Of a stretch of DNA of 64,000 nucleotides, positions 51,747 to 60,712 are shown in pieces (position 1 is the stretch's first letter; each line of letters begins with the position of its first letter). The stretch is taken from NCBI GenBank assembly GCA_976226885.1, contig OZ320314.1:47058001-47122000 (forward strand), in the 5' to 3' direction. The position numbers were made by a program, and so were the translations under genes. This DNA comes from Iphione sp. A-MEVVRFRX5. Its lineage: Eukaryota. The notes under the pieces were generated by a model, which saw only the letters and a program-made list of their open reading frames with translations, did not search any database and was not told where the DNA came from.

Positions 51747-53030
51747 ATGGAGTCATCCAACAATGATGGATTTTCAACAAGCAATGAAGATTTGGAGGAC
51801 ATGTGGTCTACCCCTTGAAACCATTGGGCTTCTCCATGGAATGGAGAATAATGACTCATCAGATGATGCGAGCAGCTCGGATGATGAATCTACTCATGCC
51901 TATCATCTGGTCACCGAAACAACAGAAAGTGAGATCAAGTGGAAGGAAATCACTGCAGCCTAGACCCAGTGCAATAGCACCAAGAAAGATCAAAGAGACT
52001 GGAATAACTGCTGAAGCCATGGTGGAGAGAAACCGTAAAACTTTTGATTTCATATACTTGTTTTTCTCTCTGCTGTTCCTGAATCAGCTAGTGAAGTACA
52101 CCAATGCCTATACCACTAAACAAAGAGAGAGTGATCCTACCAAACACAAGATGAAATGGACCAAGGTTGGTGAACAAGAAATGAGGAATTTCATAGGTAT
52201 TGCATTCTTGATGGGAATCATCCATAAACCTTATCTGAAGTATTATTGGTTGCAGATGAAATCAATTGCCACACCTTACATCGCCAATGCCATGAGAATG
52301 GATCAGTTCACACAGATTTTGAGGTGAGCTGAATTTACTTCATAATTTTCCCATATAAATTGTCATATGCTTATCGATTTATTGAAATACAGACATTATC
52401 ACCGATATCCCATGATAGTAAACATATATTTATGCCTAATTTCCAGGTTTTTGCACTTTTCTGAACCAGACGACACGCCCCATGATGAAAACAGTAACCA
52501 TTCGCTTGGCGATTTCATAAATAGTTGCGTCACATGCTAAATGTCATACGCTGTCTTTATGAAAGCGGCATTTTGCTACGAGCACCAGTCCGGGTATACA
52601 GTGGTATAAAGTTTCTAGGGAGGAGCGAGGGCCTGCCTGGGTGGCGTGTCGGCAGGGGTGCGTGCATTCCATGTGGCAGGAGTGGGTTCCAGTCCAGTCA
52701 TGTGCTCTGGAGGAGCACGCGACAGGGGCAGGACTAGTGCTTGACAGAAGGAAAAGGACCTCTCACCATACAATGTGGAGAGGGGTTCCTGTTGGTTGTT
52801 TTTCAAGAAAAATTTTCAGGAAAGCGCTGGTACGGTTTGATCAGCCATATTGGTGTCTCTGATGTATTCCCTGATGGATGGAAATAAAGGATCTCTCACC
52901 ATTCCCAGGTTTGCCCTCCATGTTTAAAAATAGTATACCAGGAATTTAATAGACCATAAATTTAGACAAAACAAGCATCGCCCTCCGTGACTACACCCTG
53001 GTGTGCCCTGGTGTGCCATTGGGGGCTTAA
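51747..53030 (+). mobile_element. piggyBac-like transposon relic (transposase pseudogene, internally deleted)
   Basis: Acidic N-terminus, then FIGIAFLMGIIHKPYLKYYW and MRMDQFTQILR|FLHFS split by a GT-AG intron (52324-52446). A degenerate C-terminal Cys-rich domain (YWCL*C...PGL) lies at about 52780-52930, and a G-rich end is followed by TTAA at 53027-53030. The catalytic core and left end were not seen. Confidence 0.8.
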
Positions 53031-53049
53031 CAGCCCCTGTCAGTCCATG

Positions 53050-53200
53050 CGTTTAATTTGTCCATGTATCATTTGTCCATGTATCAATGGTTCTAGCCTA
53101 CTTCCTCCCCTGTAGGCCGGGCCCGGGATTCGAACCCGTGCCGCGACCCACGAGACGAGTCGGGCGGAGCGCCCTGCGCTCTGAGCCACGGAGGACGCCT
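53050..53200 (-). mobile_element. Young tRNA-derived SINE, family C
   Basis: Minus strand: A box tggctcagagcg, B box gggttcgaatccc, intact CpGs, and a tail with a 15-bp tandem unit (tgatacatggacaaa x2). Confidence 0.75.
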
Positions 53201-53699
53201 ACGCATTTGGGGATGGTTGTGTACGCACATGGGGGCCTATGCTCCCTGTCGCCGTTAATTTCTTTATTGTTTGATATCCTTCTACATATGAACATGTTCA
53301 TTTTTGTTTCATTTTTGTTTGGAATAGTCATAGAAAACAGTGATATCGCCCGACGTCCTTCTATTTACATTCTGACAGGATTCCGTCATTTATTTGTCCA
53401 ATTGGCGCGGTAGATAATTTATATAGATTTACTCGGGCAATCAGTTTCTTTTCTGTAAGTTTCTATTAATCTGCAGCCATAAAAGGTTGGCTTTTGACTT
53501 AGATGTATGACTGAGCTACAAGTAGTGACGCACAAGGTGAGTGCGAGACACTGGACGCTCAAGGTTATTTTTATCGTCCGTTGTGCTGTCTATTGGCAAT
53601 GTTATGACAGGAAGTATGTCATGCGCCCTTCTATCTCCGACGAAGTGCACATGGTGTTGTGGGGACTAGTTGGTGCCGAATTGAACCAGCTTGTCTGAT

Positions 53700-54120
53700 G
53701 AAACGGCGTCTAGATAGGCCATCGTTAGAACAGGCCGTCGGGCTGTGCTCCTGTCCCCTGGCGTAACTTTGGCTGACCACTCGCCTTATCTGCAACCTTC
53801 AACACCTCCTTTGTCCCCAGGGTTCTTATTGAGTACTACTTTAATGGGAACTTTGTCAGGCTGATACCGACTTGCTTTGTCGGCGGTCTCCATCACTGCA
53901 CCTTCACTGACCTGCGAAATGGCGTCCAGATAGGCCATCGATTCAACAGGCCGTCGTTCTAAGCTACTGCCCCCCTGGCGTAACTTTGGCAGTACATGCT
54001 GCCGTGCTGACCACTGGCCTTATCTACAACCTTCAACACCTCCTTTGTTTCAAGGGTTCTTATTGAGTACGACTCTAATTGGCAGTCTGTCAGGCTGATA
54101 CTGACTTGCTTTGGCGGCGG
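53700..54120. repeat. Diverged tandem duplication of about 200 bp (53700-53886 and 53916-54120)
   Basis: Shared blocks ggcgtc.agataggccatcg, cccctggcgtaactttggc, caaccttcaacacctcctttgt, gggttcttattgagtac, gtcaggctgatac.gacttgcttt. Confidence 0.85.
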
Positions 54121-54384
54121 GCGCCACCACTAGACCCGCACCGATTCTTTGCGTCTCTCGTTGAGGTTTGACATTCGCCTTGAACTGTGGCGGCACACCT
54201 GCGTCCGTCGTCCACCAGTAATTATTTTGTGCGGTGCCTACTGTAAATCGTTTCTGCGGCGGCTCGCTTTTATTGCCAATTTTTATCGTCGCATCTGCCA
54301 ACAAAGAGGGCTCCAATCTCATTGTACAACCTCCCATGGTGGCCCCACGCCAAGGCCTGACGCGAGCAGTGACGCGCCGTGCCC

Positions 54385-54497
54385 TTTAAAAAGGGGAGCA
54401 ACTCAGCCCCTGGCGCATTCCGCTACCTCTTCAACTTTGACGGAGACGTCTGTCCGTGTTTGCCTGCCAAAAACGCACGTGTTCCACTACAGACCAG
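54385..54497 (+). promoter_or_regulatory. Candidate transposase core promoter and non-coding exon
   Basis: tttaaaaa at 54385, Inr-like gcattc 30 bp downstream, donor cag|gtaagt after 54497, acceptor ttccacag| at 54680 just before ATG 54688. Confidence 0.45.
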
Positions 54498-54687
54498 GTA
54501 AGTTATTGTAGGAAAACCGCCCATTTGTCGTAAAAAGCTGTTATAAGCCATATACTCAACCAGGTAAATCGGCATTCCTAGAATGATCAATCACTTTTGC
54601 GGCCCTAATTCTTGTTGTACTCTTTTAATACCTTAATTGAAATAGTGTGCGTAAGATTGGCATTGCTTTTATTTCCACAGCGTCAGG

Positions 54688-55046
54688 ATGTACATGGAGC
54701 ATGACATTCAGGAAATGATGTCCATGTGTCTGTGCATGGAAGCAGTAATGCTGGCAATGCTGGGGGCACTGGGCGCCTTCGACGAAATTCATCGAAGACG
54801 TCGCCAGTGGCGCCATAGGGAGGCTAGGTATTGGGTACGCCCAATATTCACGTATCGGCTTGAGGAAGGTGCGTACAACAATCTAGTCAGACACATTTGG
54901 GATGACGCTGAGGAATTCCCGAAGGTCTTCCGTCTGACATCTTCCCAGTTCCGATACGTGCTGGACAAGGTGCGCGAGGACCTCACCAGAGTCTCCCTGA
55001 CGAGGGCAGCTATATCACCGACCCAGCGACTATGTGTTTTTCTCAG
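54688..55046 (+). CDS. Harbinger transposase exon 1
   Basis: RYWVRPIF...GAYNNLV...FRLTSSQFRYVLDKV...ISPTQRLCVFL ag|gtaggt. Confidence 0.9.
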
Positions 55047-55322
55047 GTAGGTTCCCATTTTAGTCTCGTTCCTGCTTCGGGCCATGCATGCAATATAGTC
55101 TGTGTTTATGTTATTAAACAGACAAAGAAAGAACTCTACAGCTTTTATGGGTCTGTGACTTTATTGCTATCGTACTACTATGCGCATACAGGATTAAAAC
55201 CACAGACAGGGATATACAGCTTGACTGGAGCAGGGCAGGGCGCAGCGGGACGTGGGAGAGCTGGGAGGGAGGAGGGGAGGAGGCTGGCCTCATGGTTGTG
55301 TTTGGTGGTGTAGTGGTGTGTG

Positions 55323-57014
55323 TTATTCTAGTGTGGTGTAATGTCGGGTGTTTTGGCTTTGAGCCTCCGAGGACCGGACTGCAGGCTGTGACCACACGAG
55401 GCCCTGTCTGTGGAAAGATTCCGCCAACTCGTCCAGGGTCACCAGCATGTCTGAATCATGCTCTGAATTGGTGCCATATGTAGATGCCCGCGTGTGGGAT
55501 GCCTGCTGGTGCGTTTGTGTTTGCTCCCTTGCCTGGCTAGCGGGGTACTGTGGGCAGTATTGTGGTGTCTGGGGGATGTAGTGCGTGTCAGGTTGGCCGA
55601 CACTGTCTGGGCGGTAGTATGATTCTGTGGATGTTGGCTCGTGGTAAGGTGGCAGGTGTGGGAAATTTCCTCGCTCCAGGCAGTGGCTATTGTTTTGTGC
55701 TTGCTGGTTTGTCTGCGGGGTGTGCTGGCTGTACGTTTGGCTGGCATTTCCGTTGTATGTGGGTGTGGATGTCGGCGTTCCGTGTGTCGGGAGGTGTGTG
55801 TAATTGCCGCGTGGCATTGGGTGACTGTTGGTCTGTTGCTGCTGGTGTGTCGGCATGGTGTGCTGGCTGAAGGGCTTGCGGGTTATGTTGCTAGGGTAGT
55901 AGGTTTGTGTGGAATTCGGCGTGGGGTGTGTTTGCATGTGTGTGAAATTTATTCTTTCCACTGACTGTCGAGTTGGTGGTTCCTGCGAGTGTGTCTGTGG
56001 GGTGTGATGGGCATAGTGCTGGCCAATGTTGGGTCTCTTGTATGGGGGCGTAATGCCTGGAGTCGGCGACACGCATGATTGGTTTTCCTCTGTGCCGTGT
56101 TGGTGTGACTGTGACAGTGTTTGTGGGATGCACTGTGTATTTTTGTCGTAGGTAGGCACCTGTGTTTCTTGTTGGGACGGGGTATCAGGGCAAAAGTGTA
56201 TGGGGGTGCTGTGACGCGGGCGTGAAGCGGGCGGTGTGTCGTGCTTTGTCTTATTGGAATAGATGAGCGATGGAGAATGCGATCCGGAGCGGTCGCTGTC
56301 TGTGTCGCTGTGGGGGGGAGCGATTATGCTTGTGTTTGGTGAAACATTTTCTGCTGATGGGGGGGTCGTGTGGTTGTGGTTTGTTCCTTGGGAGCTGGGC
56401 GGGCCGGGGGGGGGTGGGGTGCTCCGAGTTGTTGTCTGCGCTGAATAGGTCGTCGTCGGGTGTTAGGACGGTGGTGTGCCCGGGGAAGGTGGGGCTGGGA
56501 GTGTGGCTCCTGCTCCAGTCCGCTGCACCGTCCGGACTTATGCTATGAGTCCGTTGTCATTTGAGGCCAATCTCCGCAGGTGGCTCAGGACCGGGGTCCA
56601 GGTCATGTTGGGAAGCTGATGTCCGTTGTCTTGTGAGGCCAACCTCCGTAGGTGGCTCAGGATCGGGGTCCAGGGCATGTTGGGTGCTGGTGCCTCATTG
56701 GCATCAATGTCCATGTGTTCTGGGGAGGCTCCTGGTTGTGGCTCTTCTTCCGGCAGGGCGTGGGGTGAGACGTCTCCATGTGGCTTTGGCTCCACCGCCT
56801 CTCATGGTCAGCCTGCCGCGTCTGGCATCACGCGCTGTGGTGGGTGTTCCGCCCGGTTCAGCGCCTCGTGTATTACTTGCAGCAGGTCCGTTTGTACCGG
56901 GAGCAAGAGATGCCGAGGTACGCGTGACAGCGGCAGCACCAGGGATTGATAGAAGGCGTAGGCCTCAGCCACATGTGGGGCCTCGTTCCTCTGCCTTACG
57001 GCTTCGCCAAGGAG
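55323..57014 (-). pseudogene. Harbinger accessory gene terminal exon: BESS-like motif plus long Thr/Gln/His/Pro-rich tail, with premature stops
   Basis: ttgcag|LLGEAVRQRNEAPHVAEAYAFYQSLVLPLSRVPRHLLLPVQTDLLQVIHEAL. TGA at 56810 and 56804, TAA at 56540 and about 56463; the same frame is then open to 55323. AATAAA at 55165-55160. Confidence 0.75.
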
Positions 57015-57524
57015 CTGCAAAATAGGTAATATTCAACTTAGTCCATGTCTACAATTGTCTGCTGATGTGTACATATCTACTCAGTGCTTATTTTGAATCC
57101 TGTGTTTACTCCAATTAGGGATATCATCGACTGTTTCACTCCGGTCCTACAGTCAAGTGTGTGCGTATTAATATTTGGTAGATTTGCTAACATATGAATT
57201 GTCTCGATGTGGTAATTCCTTCAGTGTTTCTCTTGCTGGATACGTTTTTGACCTTTACCACTGCCCATTATGTACTATCAGACTGTGTTTTGGTCAGGTT
57301 TTAAAGATTTGCAAGGGTTTCAGACTCTATACCCACAAGACCTCGAGTTGGGCTGTATTTAAAGGTAGTATAGAGGAAGTAGGTTTTGGCTGCAGGTGTC
57401 GGAGGGAGTATGTGATAACATTTTGGCCTTGCATCATGCTCTCCCACTGAAAGCTTGAGATGAATTGAGAGTGCTTTCTGGAAGAACCGATTATCGTGCG
57501 TGCATTACATAGAGTGATATCTAC

Positions 57525-57639
57525 CTCCGCAGCGGCGATCCCACGCTCGATGAAATCTCCAAGGAGGCCTATGTTCTCCGTCGACCAGTTTGGTCGTCGT
57601 CCTCGCCGCAGCCTGTCCTGGTGTGGGGTCGTGTCTAGG
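57525..57639 (-). CDS. Harbinger accessory gene internal exon
   Basis: ttacag|(P)LDTTPHQDRLRRGRRPNWSTENIGLLGDFIERGIAAAE|gtagat; phase 2/0 fits both neighbours. Confidence 0.75.
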
Positions 57640-57834
57640 CTGTAAAAGTCCGATAATATATGTGATGGTTATTGGGATAGATCTGGCTTGCAGTGAAGGT
57701 GATTGTAGAATTAAATGGGGACAATAGTCCAAGTAAACAAGTGTGCTGTAATGTTACTATGGAGGTGGCTGAAGGTGGGTTTCCAGTTGAACAGGGACCG
57801 TGGGGAAATTTCACTCTCTGCTTTCACGATGCAG

Positions 57835-58011
57835 GTACTGTGCCACGGGGGAGTCATTTGCCAGTCTCGGATATCACTTCCGCCTTGGGATCACAACCAT
57901 CAGCAGGATTATCCAAGAGGTGGCGAGTGCCATTTGCTCCACGATGAGAGATGAGCAAGTGCACCTGCCAAGGAGCCCTGAGGAGTGGAAACTGGTGGCG
58001 GCGAACTTCAG
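57835..58011 (+). CDS. Harbinger transposase exon 2 (HTH)
   Basis: gcag|(R)YCATGESFASLGYHFRLGITTISRIIQEV...EEWKLVAANF|gtaaca. Confidence 0.92.
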
Positions 58012-58159
58012 GTAACATAGTAATATTTGGCACTGTTCCTCTTTCCTATCTGTGTAGCTTAAATACAGCATGTGCTCACCGAGTTCCCCACACGCTCATA
58101 CACTGAATGATTATTCCAACTACTCATCAATTTAACGATTAATCTTTGTACTTTGGCAG

Positions 58160-59193
58160 GTACCGCTGGAACTTCCTGAATTGCCTGGGCGCCCTGGACG
58201 GAAAACATATTGTTTGCGTCGCGCCAGCCAATTCGGGAAGTATGTTCTACAACTACAAACAGCAACATTCCCAGGTGCTCATGGCGGCGTGTGACGCCTA
58301 TTATCAATTCATCTACGTGGACATTGGGGGCTATGGCCGAGACAACGACGCTGGGATTTTCAACAAGTCGGAGTTTGCACGTGCTTTGGCCGCCAACGAG
58401 TTGAATCTCCCAGCGGATAGCCCACTCCATGGTGCCGATGATATGGGACCCATGCCCTACGCCTTCGTGGCTGATGCGGCATTCCCACTTCAACGGCACC
58501 TCCTGCGGCCATACCCGAACAAGTCCACGCACCGGAAGCATGAGGTGTTCAACTACTGCCTGTCTCGGGCACGTCGGATGATTGAGTCTTCGTTTGGTAT
58601 ATTGGTGTCGCGCTGGCGCGTCTACCACACCAAACTGGCCATTCATCCCGACTATGTCCCGAGACTGGTAATGGCAACCATCATCTTGCACAACCTCATG
58701 CAGAAGGACACCACTCCCGCTGCAATAACGGACCTCCTCGACGATCACGAGGAGGAGATGGCCAGGCGTTATGCAGCGAATGAGGAGTGTGTGGGTGCGA
58801 CCCATCCCTCGCCGCCCCCCACGCTCAGCGGTGGCAGTGCGCGATGCGTTGGCAGACTACCTGACCTATCGTGCACCGGTGCCGTGGCAGCGTGAGACGG
58901 CGGCGAGAGGAAGGGATTATAGACCCCTCAACGACGAGGATGTCGGCGACGACGACCTGCAGCACAACAACAACAACAATGACCAGCCAAAGAATAGACA
59001 GGGGTACTCACGGGTTGATCCCTGGTGGGGCTTCGGGTGCCTCCTGTGCCGCCGGCGGCAGTGGGGTTGCAGCTTGTGGTGGCGGGGTCCAGGCTGCACG
59101 TGTGGCTGGTCGAGGCTCCACAGGAGGATCCTCGCGCAGAAGTTCGTGAGCAGGTGGGCCACGAAGAGGCTCGCGAGCTCCCCGGGCCGGTAG
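58160..59193 (+). CDS. Harbinger transposase exon 3 (DDE domain), with an apparent +1 frameshift near 58760
   Basis: GALDGKH (D), FVADAAFP (D), RRMIESSFGIL (E). The frame as written stops at 58895 (423 aa total); the conserved tail VRDALADYL...VPWQ is in the +1 frame, which ends at 59193. Confidence 0.92.
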
Positions 59194-59787
59194 AGGCTCG
59201 CGAGCAGGACCGTCTCGCGGAACCGAACAAGGCAGACGGTCTGTGAGAGGCTCAAGATCTGCCCGGACAGGCAGAGGCTCGCGAGCTTCAGTGGCTGGCA
59301 CAGAATCGTTGGCAGGACCGGCACGGGGGGCAGAACGCGCCAGACGGTCAGGGAGAGGTTCGAGAGGTTCCCGGTCAGGCAGAGGCCCGCGTGTTTCAGT
59401 GCCTGGCCGAGACTCGCGAGCAGGACCGTCTCGGAGAGCAGAACGAGCTGGGCAGTCCGCGAGTGCTTCGAGAGGTGGTCGTTCTTCTGGAGGCCATGGC
59501 AGGGGGCTAGTGGGCGTGCGTCCTAGGTGTGGGGGACGGTCAAGGGGCGGGAGGGCGGTGGAAAGGGGGCGGATGGGCGTTGGACGGGCCAGGCCGGCAC
59601 GGCATGCAGCAGGAGGGGCTGGTCTCCTCCAAAGGCCATGACCTTGTCCCGGTGCTGCTCCTGCGGCAGCAGGTGGCGGGGGCAGGGTATCCACCCATCC
59701 TCCACGTCCGCACGACGTGGCTGTGGGAACGCGCTGCCGAACGGACTCAGAAGGTTGGCTGCTGCCATAATTTAGCAAACGATGGTC
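59012..59787 (-). CDS. Harbinger accessory gene Pro/Arg-rich exon
   Basis: Open frame with repeated REPLP/DGPARE motifs, ending aac cc|gtgagt. The donor is strong; the 5' acceptor (cattggcag|) is weaker. Confidence 0.7.
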
Positions 59788-59848
59788 CTGCCAATGACCG
59801 TCAGCGGTCGTGATGGTATGTCTCACATCTGTCTGTCTTGTATGCTGT

Positions 59849-60328
59849 GTGTCTAACTGTCTGCCATCCGTTTGCTGTGTGTCAAACTGTCTGCTGTCCG
59901 TTTGCTGTGTGTCTATCTGTCTACCGAAGGTATGCTGTGTGTCTAACTGTCTCCGGTCCGTTTGCTGTGTGTCTATCTGGCTACCGAACGTATGCTGTGT
60001 GTCTAACTGTCTCCTGTCCGTTTGCTGTGTGTCTATCTGTCTACCGAAGGTATGCTGTGTGTCTAACTGTCTCCTGTCCATTTGCTGTGTGTCTATCTGG
60101 CTACCGAACGTATGCTGTATGTCTAACTGTCTCCTGTCTGTTTGCTGTGTGTCTATCTGTCTACCGAAGGTATGCTGTGTGTCTAACTGTCTCCTGTCCA
60201 TTTGCTGTGTGTCTATCTGTCGACCGAACGTATGCTGTGTGTCTAACTGTCTCCTGTCCGTTTGCTGTGTGTCTATCTGTCGACCGAACGTATGCTGTGC
60301 ATCTAACTGTCTGCCGTTGGTTGGCTGT
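59849..60328. repeat. Minisatellite of 16 x 30 bp with A/B alternation (60-bp higher-order unit)
   Basis: A = gtgtctaactgtctcctgtccgtttgctgt, B = gtgtctatctgtctaccgaaggtatgctgt; no indels. Confidence 0.95.
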
Positions 60329-60359
60329 GTGCCTGTCTGTCGGTTTGTCTGCTGCCTAC

Positions 60360-60712
60360 CTGTGGTAGCGTTGTCAGCGGCCGCTGCCTTCTTTGCCCGT
60401 TCGGCGGCTCGATGTTCCCGTCTGGTGGGGGGGGGCCGGAAGAGTACGAGTAAGGCCTAGATCGCATAGTTGGGCCTTGTGTTGCACTGCCTGCCCGACC
60501 CGCCGGCTGTCTAGGCCGGCAGGGGAAGTTTGTTTCCGTTTCCCTCTGGTGGAAGTGTGGGAAGAGGAACTGCATTTGATGCCAGAAAGGCCACCTCTCT
60601 TAGCGCCTCAAATCCTCAGCGCTAGCCCCGCTTCGCGCCGCCGCTTGGCGCTTAGTGTACTGTCGCCGAAACTCTTGCCGTAAGCGATTCCACTTCAGTT
60701 TCCATGCCCAAG
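60360..60712 (-). pseudogene. Harbinger accessory gene exon carrying the C-terminal half of a Myb/MADF domain, one premature stop
   Basis: KLKWNRLRQEFRRQYTKRQAAARSGASAEDLRR*ERWPFWHQMQFLFPHFHQRETETNF; TAA at 60602-60600; donor cag|gtaggc. Confidence 0.78.

Larger units (their letters stand above)
54385..60712. mobile_element. PIF/Harbinger transposon with interleaved antiparallel transposase and MADF/BESS-like accessory genes (termini not found)
   Basis: Harbinger transposase motifs on +, Myb/MADF and BESS-like motifs on -; exon phases compatible for both genes. Confidence 0.85.

Noticed and set aside
53110-53200. True tRNA gene
   Set aside because: A and B boxes are present, but the region between them does not give a normal anticodon arm and a repeat tail follows; called a SINE instead.
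59849-60328. Regular repeat array as a possible CRISPR
   Set aside because: Units are contiguous with no unique spacers, the context is eukaryotic, and no cas genes are present.
59810-60460. 216-aa Cys-rich plus-strand ORF (CCVSNCLLSV repeats) resembling a metallothionein or keratin-associated protein
   Set aside because: It is a reading of the 30-bp minisatellite, antisense to the Harbinger accessory gene; any frame of this repeat lacks stops, and there is no other support.
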